Shown here piece by piece: positions 1 to 9,827 of a DNA stretch of 64,000 nt (its first letter is position 1; the number at the start of each line of letters is the position of its first letter). The notes under the pieces are model-generated. The model did not search any database. It was not told the DNA's origin and worked only from the letters and a program-made list of their open reading frames with translations. The stretch lies in the NCBI GenBank assembly GCA_963773085.1, contig CAVYZS010000009.1:3743-67742 (forward strand), read 5' to 3'. This DNA is from Ilumatobacteraceae bacterium. Lineage in GTDB: Bacteria > Actinomycetota > Acidimicrobiia > Acidimicrobiales > Ilumatobacteraceae. The position numbers were made by a program, and so were the translations under genes.

Positions 1-678
1 ATCGCCAACACACCGTCGGTGCCGGGCCGCACGGCAAGATGCAGATCGGCTCGGTTGGCGATCGGCGTTCGGCGCGGGTCGACGACGATCAGCCGGGCGC
101 CGGCACGGCGCCGCTCTTCGATCACCGGCGACAGATGCGGTTGCGACACGTTGGGGTTGGCTCCCCACACCACGATCAACTCACTGTGTTGGAGATCATC
201 CGGGTCGGCCGAAGGCATCGAGCCGTAGGTGCGATCCCACGCCTCACCGACGACCGCGGCACAGATGGTGATGTCGGTTCGGGCAGCGCCGAGGTGCTCC
301 CACACCAAGGGCGAGAGGCCGGCCTGAGCCATCTTGCCGGCCGACGAGTTGTACAGATACGGCACGACCGAAGCCCAGCCGTGGGCACTCACAGCTTCGC
401 CGATCGTGGCGGCGAACAGATCGAGTGCCTCGTCCCACGTTGTTTCGACGAACTCACCCAAACCTTTACGACCGACGCGACGAAGCGGGGTGGTGATGCG
501 GTCGGGCCCGTGTAGGAGTTGAGGTGTGTGTTTGACCTTGGCGCAGATCCACCCCTTCGTTGCCGGGTTCGGACCGTCGGTGGCGCGCGTCGAGGCCGAC
601 CAGGACGCCGTTCTCGACCGTGGCCTCCAGGCTGCAGCTGTCAGGGCAGTCGAGTGAGCAAGCGGTGATCATCCCCAT
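1..678 (-). pseudogene. Molybdopterin (bis-MGD) oxidoreductase, N-terminal part. Continues beyond the left edge. Apparent frameshift near 580-590.
   Basis: The reverse strand reads MGMITACSLDCPDSCSLEATVENGVLVGLDAR. One base out of frame it continues TDGPNPATKGWICAKVKHTPQLLHGPDRITTPLRRVGRKG...LIVVWGANPNVSQPH...RLIVVDPRRTPIANRADLHLAVRPGTDG. The shift splits the CxxCxxxC...C 4Fe-4S motif of Mo/W-bisMGD enzymes. The downstream frame has a TGA just upstream and no start of its own. Confidence 0.8.
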
Positions 679-728
679 GCCCGAAGCGTAACTGCACGGG
701 GCTTGCCTGCAGTCAAGGTGGAACGGTG

Positions 729-1145
729 CTAGAGGGCCCGCATCGCGTTGTCCCGCGGATTGTGCTGCACCTCGGCCAGGCCGAGTGCCTCCAACACCGG
801 GGGTACGTAGTTGCCGAATCGCCCGCGCAGGCCTTTCTTGAGTCCGTACCATCCGCCCACCGGGTTGTCGGCTGATCGCCCCCACGCCTCGACGGTGCCC
901 TGCTTGGCCTCCTTCTGCTCGTCCGCGTTTCCGAGGAGCATCCACGTGCCGTGTGTCGTCAGCATCTTGTGCAGGTCCTCGATGCACCGCAGGTGGTACC
1001 GCAACTGAGTCCCGCCGACCTGCACGACCAACGCCGGCGGGTCCGCATCCGGGTCGCGGTAGGCCTCGAACTCGCTCTTGCCCGGCGGGGTCGTCAGCTG
1101 CCACGGGTCGATCGGTGTGCCGGATCCTCGAGCGTCGTCGGTCAT
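729..1145 (-). CDS. Conserved hypothetical protein (small actinobacterial family, function unknown)
   Basis: ORF 729..1154. Likely start is MTDDARGSGTPIDPWQL. The product has non-junk composition (GTVEAWGRSADNPVGGWYGLKKGLRGRFGNYVPPVLEALGLAEV). It is co-directional with the oxidoreductase downstream. Confidence 0.55.
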   Translation of the reverse strand: MTDDARGSGTPIDPWQLTTPPGKSEFEAYRDPDADPPALVVQVGGTQLRYHLRCIEDLHKMLTTHGTWMLLGNADEQKEAKQGTVEAWGRSADNPVGGWYGLKKGLRGRFGNYVPPVLEALGLAEVQHNPRDNAMRAL

Positions 1146-1205
1146 ACGGCACATCGTCGTCGATCAAACATGACATCTTCTGTCGTGATTCCCTAGATTC
1201 GTGCC

Positions 1206-1917
1206 ATGCGCGCCGGCAGATTGGTCGACATGTTGCTGACTCTGCAGCATCGCGGCAGGTTGACCGCAGCCGAGCTCGCCGCCGAATTGGAGGTCTCGGC
1301 GCGGACGATCCTCCGCGACGTCGAGGCGCTCAGCTCGGCCGGTGTGCCGATCTACACCGTTCAGGGGGTAGGTGGTGGAATCGAGCTCGTCGATCAGTTC
1401 AGGACTCGACTCACTGCGCTCACCGCAGAAGAAGCGTCGGCGCTCCTGCTCGCTCGGGCAACCGATCGTTGCCGACCATCTCGGCCACGGTCCTGCGGCT
1501 GCCGCAGCACGTCGAAAACTCCTCGATGCTCTTCCCGCTGGACTGCAGGCTCGGGCCGAGAGAATCGACGGCTGGTTCGTCCACGATCCCATCGGCCGTG
1601 GCGGCAGCAGCCTCCCCTATGGCGAGTTGCGCCGTCTGGGGAGCGCCATCGAGGAGGCTGTCGAGGTCGAGATCTCTCTCGGCAACGACCAACGGCGACC
1701 GGTGCGACCGCTGGGTATCGTGCTCGCCGCGGGCTCGTGGTTCCTGGTCGTGCTGTCCGGCGGCGGCGCCAGCGGCACGGACTTCATGTGCATCGACGAT
1801 CTCCGAGGTCTGCGGCTGACTCGCCGCAGCTTCGCCCGTCCGAGCCACTTCGACCTGCTGGCCACGTGGCGCCGCCTCGCCGATGTCCCACACGCCCCGG
1901 TCTCGATCAGTCGCTGA
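1206..1917 (+). pseudogene. YafY-family transcriptional regulator (HTH + WYL domain), apparent frameshift near 1452-1458
   Basis: The N-terminal HTH is MRAGRLVDMLLTLQHRGRLTAAELAAELEVSARTILRDVEALSSAGVPIYTVQGVGGGIELV in the frame of ORF 1206. The WYL-type C-terminus (RPVRPLGIVLAAGSWFLVVL...FMCIDDLRGLRLTRRSFARPSHFDL) is in the frame of ORF 1372. The junction reads gct c ggg caa (LLLA / GQPIVADHLG). Confidence 0.8.
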
Positions 1918-2782
1918 TCCGTGACACCTCGACCGCCACCGACAGCTCCTGTGTCGCTGGGGATCCGAACACCACGCCGCGCACCGGCGCGACATCGGCG
2001 TAGTCACGGCCCCAACCCACCGTCACGTGGGACAGCGGCGGCACCTGATCGTTGGTGGGGTCCACGTCGAGCCAGCCCCAACCGGGGATGTACACCGAGC
2101 ACCAGGCGTGCGAGGCGTCGGCGCCCACCAATTTCGGCTCTCCGGGAGCCGGCTCGTTCTCGATGTAACCGCTCACGTAGCGCGCCGGCAGACCGAGCGA
2201 GCGCATCGTGCCGATGGCCAAGTGGGCGAAGTCCTGGCACACACCTCGGCGATGAGTCAGCACATCCGCGAGCGGAGTACTGACGTCGCTGAACCCGGGG
2301 TCGAAGGCGAACTCGGCAAAGATGCGATGAGAGAGGTCGATCACGGCTTCGTGGAAGGCACGTCCCGGTAGGAACGACCACGACGCAAACCTCGCCAGAT
2401 CGGCCGACGGCGTGACGAGCGTCGATTCGATCGAGCACATCCTGGCCAGCAACCCATCCTGACTGCTGTCGCTGGCGACGATCGTGCGCAGCTCCTCCCA
2501 TGGCGGCGACCAGACCAGTTCGGTCGGCGTCGTCAGATCGACCTCGCAGGACCCGATGACCACCAGCTGGTCGTGGACCTGGTCGACGGCTCGGTATGAC
2601 ACGTGGTTGCCGAAGGCATCGAGGTACTCGTCGGCGTGGTCGGCGGCAGGCAGAGTCGTCACCTGGGAATCGACCACCGTCTGCGTCGGCGTCGGGCGGG
2701 GTCGTAGGTGGGCCACCGTGTGTCCATTGATGACCTGGGCGCTATAGCGGTACTCGGTCGTGTGAGTCACGCGATAGCGCAT
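1907..2782 (-). CDS. Transglutaminase-family protein (N-terminal bacterial transglutaminase-like domain + transglutaminase core)
   Basis: MRYRVTHTTEYRYSAQV...THRRGVCQDFAHLAIGTMRSLGLPARYVSGYI...ASHAWCSVYIPGWGWLDVDPTN shows the catalytic Cys/His/Asp context. The ATG at 2780-2782 overlaps the upstream stop as TGATG. Confidence 0.85.
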   Translation of the reverse strand: MRYRVTHTTEYRYSAQVINGHTVAHLRPRPTPTQTVVDSQVTTLPAADHADEYLDAFGNHVSYRAVDQVHDQLVVIGSCEVDLTTPTELVWSPPWEELRTIVASDSSQDGLLARMCSIESTLVTPSADLARFASWSFLPGRAFHEAVIDLSHRIFAEFAFDPGFSDVSTPLADVLTHRRGVCQDFAHLAIGTMRSLGLPARYVSGYIENEPAPGEPKLVGADASHAWCSVYIPGWGWLDVDPTNDQVPPLSHVTVGWGRDYADVAPVRGVVFGSPATQELSVAVEVSRISD

Positions 2783-5257
2783 CAGCCGAGACCGCCAAGG
2801 CCACGGCGTGCCGGGTGGGTGAACCAGGCCAACATCAACTCCCTGATCAGCTCGAGGAGCGGCCCGCGCACATCGAGCACCAACTTCGCCAACGACTCGG
2901 GGCCCTCTCCCAGCCGTCCTCGCGCGGCAGCATCGAGGAACCGGCGATGCTTGGATGCATCGGGGTTCCACGGCAGCGCGGCGAGGTGCTCGTTGATCCG
3001 GTCGAGTTGAAAACCAGCGAACGCGGGTTGGAGTCGTCGTGCACCAGAAGGTCTTCGATCGCCGCGACACGCACATCGCTGCGGTACCGGCGGCGGTAGG
3101 CGACCAGGCTCTCGCTGGCGCCGAGCACGAGGTCGTACACCGGTTGGGCAACGTCGTCGTCGGGCGTGTCGGACAGAGTCGCTTCGATCACACCAAGCAG
3201 GAGCACCGCCCGTTCCAACCGGCGACCGAGATCGAGGAACCGCCAGCCGGGCCCGCGGACCATGCTCTCCATCACCAGCCCAGCCAATGCGGCGAGATCG
3301 ACCATGATCCGGTCGAGGCACTCCGTGATGAGGAAGGGGTCGCTCTGATCCGTGGTCACCGCCAGCAGCGAACGCTCGTTGTCGAGACCGTTGATCACCT
3401 GCCACGTCGCGGTCGACAGGAACTCGCGCACGCCGCCTGCGTTGGCAGCAAGGTGTCCGAGACTGTTGGCCACGGCACCCGACCTGTCACCAAGGGCCGC
3501 GGCCACCTCGCCGGCCAACACGTCGGTTCCGTCGGCCGATTGCGGCGCCTCTTCGTCCATCGGGCGTCCACCGCTGACCGCCCGCAGACGCGGCAACGCC
3601 ATGGGCCAGCCACGGCGAGGCCAGCAGGATGGGGTCGCTGCCAGCGCGGGCGATGACCAGCCGGGCTGTCCGCGTGGCCGCCTCAGCACGCTCGGCATTG
3701 CGCCCCAGCCAGAACAAGGCCTCTGCCGAACGGGTCGGCAACGAGTCGCGCAGGTCGATCTGAGGAAGCCGGGTGCGCCGGGCGACCCCCGCAGAGCCGG
3801 TGGCAACCCGTTGCACCGTCGGGTCCGTGAGCACCCAGACGTCCTTGCCGAATGCGTCCGAGGAGTTGATCACCAGCTGTCCGGGAGCAACGTGACGCCC
3901 GTGTCCGCCCGGCAGCACGATGGCCTCGTCGCCGATCCGAACCGTCTGCACTCGGATGCTGGCCGTTCCACTGCGCAACTCACCGTCGATCGCGACCGGT
4001 GTGCTGGCGAACTCGATCTTGGGTTGCACCACGTAACGGTGCGGGCGCGGCCGTGAGGCGGTCGAGCCAATCCGTCGTCTCGGAGTCCGTGAGGTCATCT
4101 CCGAACACCGATGCATCGGGCGAGACCGGATCGGTGTCGTGGAACACGAAGGATTCCGGTGCGGCACGTACAGCCGCGAGCCGATCGCGATCACCGCACC
4201 ACCACGTGTCGATCGATGCCAGCTCGAGGGTCTCGCCGAGCAGATGTCGGGCGGCGTCGGCAAGGAACGGTTGCAGCCACAATCGATCGGCAAGTCCGCT
4301 GCCGAGCGAATTGGCGACGCCGACATGCCCCTCGCGGACCGCCTGCAGCAGACCGGTCACACCTCCGGCGCCGGAGGGACCGAGCTCCAGCGGATCCGAC
4401 CCGGTGTCGGCCAGGCGGCGAAAGACGACGTCGATCTGCTCCAGGCCGCCCAACGTGCGCAGCCACACACGACCGCCTCGGGTGATGAGATCTCCGCTGC
4501 TCGCCAGGTGATAACCGAGGTGGGCGGCGAGGTACGACGCCTCGACGAAGCCCGGGCGTTGCGGGTTGGGGCCGAGCAGGATGGCGCGCGGGCCGGAAAC
4601 CGACTCCGGTGCAACGGCCGTCAGAGCCGTCCGGAGATCGGCGAACCAGCCCGACAACGGAGTCACGCCGAGGTGCCGGAACGGTTCGGGATACAACCGC
4701 GACAGGACGGTGCGGTTCATCAAGGCGTACCCGCATCCGGTGGGCGCATCCGTGTGATCGCGCAGCACCAGCCACCGGCCCGACCTGTCGCGAACGAGGT
4801 CGGCGGCGTACAGCATCAACCGCGGCCGCCGGACCGGGACTCCGACAGCAGCCAGTTGGTAAGCCCGCGAGCCCATGACGGCAGCGGTCGGAATCACCCC
4901 GTCGAGCAACAGTCGCCGGGCCCCGTACAGATCGTCGAGAACGGCATCGAGCACCCGCGTGCGTTGACTCAAGCCGCGCTCGATGCCGCGCCACTCGGCG
5001 GAGCCGATCACGTAGGGGACGGGATCCAGGCCCCAGGGCATGCCGATCTCACGGTCGTCGTGAAAGACATGACCAGCACCCTCGGCAACCAACAGGCGCT
5101 CGGCAACCATCTGCCGCCGCACGATCTCGTGGGCGCCCAGCTTCGTCCATGTGTGGACCATCGATTCCCAATGCGGGCGGACGCTGCCGCCGGCGTCGAC
5201 GAGTTCGTCGAAGCGGCCCGCCGTCGGCACGTAGGACGCAGGTATCCCGGTCTCCAT
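2782..5257 (-). pseudogene. Fused circularly permuted type-2 ATP-grasp + alpha-E domain protein, three apparent frame breaks (about 3010-3013, 3603-3605, 4040-4052)
   Basis: The ATP-grasp part is METGIPASYVPTAGRFDELVD...LLQAVREGHVGVANSLGSGLADRLWLQPFL (ORF 3980..5482). It continues as HRYVVQPKIEFASTPVAIDGE...SLPTRSAEALFWLGRNAERAEAATRTARL (ORF 3487..4326). Then comes MALPRLRAVSGG...GWRFLDLGRRLERAVLLL...LLVHDDSNPRSL (ORF 2847..3806). The last part is FQLDRINEHLAALPWNP...AWFTHP (ORF 2782..3405). Confidence 0.8.
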
Positions 5258-5270
5258 CAGGCCAATTCCA

Positions 5271-6218
5271 TCAGTTCGGCCAGGCCGTCTTACCGAAGTA
5301 GGCACCGGCGATCCGGTCGCTGATCGCCCCGATCGCGATCTGCAGCCGATCGGCCTTGGCGTGCAGTTCGTCGGCGTCGAGCAGCACGTTGGGATCGCTC
5401 GACGACAGCTCGGCGAGCGCGACCCTGCACGCGGCCAGCACCGACTCGCTCGGCGGCAACGCCCTGGCGCTCGACCGAACACCGTCCAAGCAGTAGGCCA
5501 CCGAGCGTGGGAACGTCGGCTCTCCGAGAATGAACCTGATCACCTCAGTGGCACCATCACCGATGGCGGATCGCCTGTTGTACATCTGCAGAGCCGACAA
5601 CGACCGCAGCACGCTGGACCACTGCAGATCGTCGTACAGCTCAGCGCGTTCCGGGCGCTCGCCCAACAACAGACCGGCGCGCACATCGAGCACCCTGGTC
5701 ACCATGTCGCCGCGCTCGATGTGGCGGCCGAGACGCAACATGGTGTAGGCCTCGTCGCGACTCATCGTCGTCGTGAGGATGCCCAGCACACGCTGATGTT
5801 CGGCGATGACCCGTTCCAAGAACCGCGATCGATTGCGACGTTGCACACCCTCGGTCGCCCCGCGTCCTGAGGCGAGGTAGAGATCGTTGACGGCGTTCCA
5901 CGCCTGCGCAGGGAGGATGTCGCGACACGTCCTGAGGTTCTCGCGGGCGCTGGCGATGCTCGAATGGACACTGCCGGGGTTCATCGGATCGGCGACGAGG
6001 AACGACACGATCGAGGTCTCGTCGCTCGTTGCGTAGCGCTTGTCGAAGCCCTCGCGACCGCCGGTGATGCCGAGGAGGTGATCCCATGCGGGCGGCACGG
6101 TCAACGGGAGATCGACGATGACGTTGGAGTGCTCGCGCACGATGCGTGCCGTGCCCTCGGCACGTTCGAGGTAGCGGGCCGCCCAGTACAACCGCTCTGC
6201 CACCCGTGAGAGCAACAT
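5271..6218 (-). CDS. Alpha-E domain protein (DUF403 type)
   Basis: MLLSRVAERLYWAARYLERAEGTARIVREHSNV...LRLGRHIERGDMVTRVLDVR. The ATG at 6216-6218 overlaps the upstream stop as TGATG. Confidence 0.85.
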   Translation of the reverse strand: MLLSRVAERLYWAARYLERAEGTARIVREHSNVIVDLPLTVPPAWDHLLGITGGREGFDKRYATSDETSIVSFLVADPMNPGSVHSSIASARENLRTCRDILPAQAWNAVNDLYLASGRGATEGVQRRNRSRFLERVIAEHQRVLGILTTTMSRDEAYTMLRLGRHIERGDMVTRVLDVRAGLLLGERPERAELYDDLQWSSVLRSLSALQMYNRRSAIGDGATEVIRFILGEPTFPRSVAYCLDGVRSSARALPPSESVLAACRVALAELSSSDPNVLLDADELHAKADRLQIAIGAISDRIAGAYFGKTAWPN

Positions 6219-7663
6219 CACGACTCCTCGACGACCCAGGTGTCTTTCGAGCCTCCGCCTTGTGACGAGTTGACGACGAGCGATCCGTCGACCAGCGCCA
6301 CACGGGTGAGACCACCCATGGTCACGTACGTGTCGTGCCCGGACAGCACAAAGGGGCGAAGGTCGACATGACGCGGGGCCAACTCTCCGGCACACAGCGT
6401 GGGCGCCGTCGAGATCTGCAAGATCGGCTGGGCAACCCAGTTGCGGGGATCGGCCTTGATCGCCGCGATCGCCGCCTCGAGCTGTTCATCGGTGGCCATG
6501 CTGCCGATCGTCAATCCGTAACCCCCGCTCTCGTTGGCCGGCTTCAACACCAGCTCACGGACGTGATCGATCACGTAGTCGAGCTCATCGGCGTACAGGC
6601 AACGATAGGTGGGAACATTCGGCAGCAACGGCTCCTCGTTCAAGTAGTAGCGGATGAAATCGGGCACCCACGCATAGACGACCTTGTCGTCGGCGACACC
6701 GGCTCCCGGCGCGTTGGCGATGGCCACTTTGCCGGCACGCCAGGCGCGCATCAGGCCGTGCACACCGAGCTGTGAATCCCGGCGGAACACCTCCGGATCG
6801 AGGAACTGATCGTCGATGCGTCGATACACGACATCGACCGGCTTCGGGCCGTCGATGGTTCGCATCCACACCGCATTACTCGGATCGACGAACAGGTCGG
6901 CACCCTCGACGAGCGGCACGCCCATCTGCTGGGCCAGGAAGGCGTGCTCGAAGTAGGCGCTGTTGAAGACGCCCGGGGTCAGCACCACCACCTGCGGATG
7001 ACGCACACCTTGGAGCTCGTCGGATGCCAACGACACGAGCAGCCGGCGAAGGCGATCCGGATAGTCGTCGACGGGCAGGATCGATTGACGCTCGAAGAGG
7101 TCGGCGAAGGCCCGCTTGGAAATGGCCCGGTTCTGCAGCAGATAGCTGACACCGGATGGCACTCGCAGGTTGTCCTCCAACACGTAGACGACACCATCAG
7201 CGTCACGTACCAGATCGCTTCCGCAGATGTGCGCCCACACCCCGAACTTCGGCGACATGCCGGCGCACTCGGGACGCAGGTTGACCGAGCCGATCAACAA
7301 TTCCTCGGGGAAGACACCATCGGCGACGATCCGGCGGTCGTGATACACGTCGTCGATGAATCGGTTCAGGGCATTCAGGCGTTGCTTGAGGCCAACCTCG
7401 ATCCGTGTCCACTCCGATGCCGCGATGACTCGCGGGACGATGTCCATCGGCCAGGCCCGATCGGTCCCCTGCCCGTCGTGGTACACGGTGAAGGTGATGC
7501 CGAGCGCCAAGATGTCGACCTCCGCCAAACCCTGACGCTGCTGCAGCTCCTCGATGTCCAACGATCGCAGTCGTTCGACGAGCGCTGCCGCGGCGGGTCG
7601 TGGGTTGCCATGGGCGTCGACCAGCTCGTCCCACAGAAGAGGGAGCGTGCGCAGTTCGGCCAT
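6218..7663 (-). CDS. Circularly permuted type-2 ATP-grasp protein (DUF404/DUF407 type)
   Basis: MAELRTLPLLWDELVDAHGNPRP...GLMRAWRAGKVAIANAPGAGVADDKVVYAWVPDFIRYYLNEEPLLPNVPTY...LVLKPANESGGYGLTIG. Intact 481-aa reading frame. Confidence 0.85.
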   Translation of the reverse strand: MAELRTLPLLWDELVDAHGNPRPAAAALVERLRSLDIEELQQRQGLAEVDILALGITFTVYHDGQGTDRAWPMDIVPRVIAASEWTRIEVGLKQRLNALNRFIDDVYHDRRIVADGVFPEELLIGSVNLRPECAGMSPKFGVWAHICGSDLVRDADGVVYVLEDNLRVPSGVSYLLQNRAISKRAFADLFERQSILPVDDYPDRLRRLLVSLASDELQGVRHPQVVVLTPGVFNSAYFEHAFLAQQMGVPLVEGADLFVDPSNAVWMRTIDGPKPVDVVYRRIDDQFLDPEVFRRDSQLGVHGLMRAWRAGKVAIANAPGAGVADDKVVYAWVPDFIRYYLNEEPLLPNVPTYRCLYADELDYVIDHVRELVLKPANESGGYGLTIGSMATDEQLEAAIAAIKADPRNWVAQPILQISTAPTLCAGELAPRHVDLRPFVLSGHDTYVTMGGLTRVALVDGSLVVNSSQGGGSKDTWVVEES

Positions 7664-7735
7664 CGGTCCGATCACGCTACATGATCGAAGATGACACCAG
7701 GATTTCGGCTTGGCGCGACGCAGTAGCATCCGCCC

Positions 7736-8644
7736 ATGGGTCACGGGTTGCGTTTCCAGGTCATGGTGATCCCGAGCGTGCCGTGGCCGGAGTACCTCGA
7801 CCGATTTCTGCGCATCGAGGCGCTCGGCTTCGAGGTTGCCGCGCTACCGGACCACTTCTGTGACTGGGCCAACCCGTCGAGACCGTGGCTCGAGGCCTGG
7901 ACGGCGCTCGCCGCGGTTGCCGCCCGGACGTCGACACTGCGACTGACGACTTGCGTGTCACAGATCCCGCTCCGCAACCCGGCCATTCTCGCCAACCAAG
8001 CCGTGACGGCCGACCACATCTCCGGCGGCCGGGTGGAGGTCGGGCTCGGGACCGGATTGACCATCGATCCGTCGTACGAGATGACGGGATTGCCCAACTG
8101 GACCAACGGGGAACGTGTCGCCCGCTTCGGTGAGTACGTCGAACTGCTCGGCCACCTCCTGGCCGGGGGCGTGACCACATATGACGGCGCCTACTACAAG
8201 GCCAAGGGAGCCGTGATGAACCCCGGCTCGGTGCAGCAGCCGCGGCTCCCGGTCATGGTTGCCGCGCTGGGACCGCAGATGATGCATCACGCTGCCCGGC
8301 ACGCCGACATCTGGAACACCATGAGCTTCGCGGCAGACCTCGAGGAGCAGATGGCGGAGTTGACCGACCGCTGCTCGACGATGGACGAGATCTGCGCCGG
8401 TCTCGGCCGTGAGCCCGACGGCTTGCGGCGGTCGTACACCATGTTCGACGCCACTGCTCGTGCCGGCGGCGGCATGATCCGCTACTACGAGTCCGACGAT
8501 CTGTTCGTCGACACGGTCGGTCGGGTCACCGATCTCGGGGTAACCGAGATCTCGATGTACTACCCCGCCGTCGCGACCCAGTTGCCGGCGTTCGAGCGGA
8601 TCGCGACCGACGTGCTGCCGGCGTTGCGACGCGAACATGCGTAA
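7736..8644 (+). CDS. LLM-class flavin/F420-dependent oxidoreductase
   Basis: LRFQVMVIP...[12 protein letters not shown]...[13 protein letters not shown]...[15 protein letters not shown]...[12 protein letters not shown] is a typical luciferase-like monooxygenase fold signature. Its stop overlaps the kbl start. Confidence 0.75.
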   Translation: MGHGLRFQVMVIPSVPWPEYLDRFLRIEALGFEVAALPDHFCDWANPSRPWLEAWTALAAVAARTSTLRLTTCVSQIPLRNPAILANQAVTADHISGGRVEVGLGTGLTIDPSYEMTGLPNWTNGERVARFGEYVELLGHLLAGGVTTYDGAYYKAKGAVMNPGSVQQPRLPVMVAALGPQMMHHAARHADIWNTMSFAADLEEQMAELTDRCSTMDEICAGLGREPDGLRRSYTMFDATARAGGGMIRYYESDDLFVDTVGRVTDLGVTEISMYYPAVATQLPAFERIATDVLPALRREHA

Positions 8645-9827
8645 CCGGCTGCTCGACGATCTCCAGGACCGGTGCGCCGGTCTTGTCGACCAAGGTCTGT
8701 TCAAGACCGAGCGGGTCATCGGCTCCCCTCAATCAGCCCACATCCGCCTCGCCGACGGCTCGTCGGTGCTCAACCTGTGCGCCAACAACTACCTCGGCCT
8801 TGCCGACCACCCCGACATCGTGGCCGCCGCAAGCCGGGCGCTCGACCGCTTCGGATACGGCATGGCCTCGGTGCGGTTCATCTGCGGCACACAGACCGTG
8901 CACAAGGAGTTGGAGGCGAGACTGTCGGCCTTCCTCGGCACCGACGACACGATCCTCTATTCGTCGTGCTTCGACGCCAACGGCGGGCTGTTCGAAACGA
9001 TCCTCGACGAACAGGATGCAGTCATCTCCGATGCGCTCAACCATGCCTCGATCATCGACGGGATCCGTCTCTGTCGCGCCAGACGCCTTCGCTACGACAA
9101 CAACGACATGGCTCAGCTCGAGCAACGCCTGCAGGAGGCCGGCGATGCTCGCTACCGGCTGATCGCCACCGACGGCGTCTTCTCGATGGACGGCGTGCTC
9201 GCCAACCTCACCGCGATCTGTGAACTGGCCGAGCGGTACGACGCCCTGGTGATGGTCGACGACTCCCACGCCGTCGGGCTTGTCGGCCAGCACGGTCGGG
9301 GCACCCATGAACATGCCGGCGTGATGGGGAGGGTCGACATCATCACCGGAACACTCGGCAAAGCCCTCGGCGGGGCGTCCGGTGGGTACACCTCGGGTCG
9401 CCGCGAGGTGATCGACTGGCTGCGCCAGCGCTCACGGCCGTACTTGTTCTCCAACAGCCTCGCTCCGATGATCTCAGCGGCCACCATCAGCGTCCTCGAC
9501 CTGCTGGAGCGCAGTGACGAGCTGCGGCTCAGCGTCGAACGCAACGCCACCCGCTTCCGTTCGGCGATGACCAGCGCCGGGTTCACCCTGACCGGTGCCG
9601 ACCATCCGATCATCCCCGTCATGCTCGGCGATGCGCGTATCGCCACCGAAATGGCCGAGCGCCTTCTGCGCCAAGGGATCTACGTGATCGCCTTTTCGTT
9701 CCCAGTGGTGCCGCAGGACAAGGCACGCATCCGCACTCAGATGTCGGCGGCACACACCGACGCCGACATCGACGAGGCAATCGATGCCTTCGTCCGCGTC
9801 GGCAGGGAGATGGAGCTCATCTCGTGA
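8637..9827 (+). CDS. kbl: Glycine C-acetyltransferase (2-amino-3-ketobutyrate CoA ligase)
   Basis: [21 protein letters not shown]...[13 protein letters not shown]...[14 protein letters not shown]...DDSHAVG...[15 protein letters not shown] is a PLP-lysine context typical of Kbl. GTGA overlap with tdh. Confidence 0.9.
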   Translation: MRNRLLDDLQDRCAGLVDQGLFKTERVIGSPQSAHIRLADGSSVLNLCANNYLGLADHPDIVAAASRALDRFGYGMASVRFICGTQTVHKELEARLSAFLGTDDTILYSSCFDANGGLFETILDEQDAVISDALNHASIIDGIRLCRARRLRYDNNDMAQLEQRLQEAGDARYRLIATDGVFSMDGVLANLTAICELAERYDALVMVDDSHAVGLVGQHGRGTHEHAGVMGRVDIITGTLGKALGGASGGYTSGRREVIDWLRQRSRPYLFSNSLAPMISAATISVLDLLERSDELRLSVERNATRFRSAMTSAGFTLTGADHPIIPVMLGDARIATEMAERLLRQGIYVIAFSFPVVPQDKARIRTQMSAAHTDADIDEAIDAFVRVGREMELIS

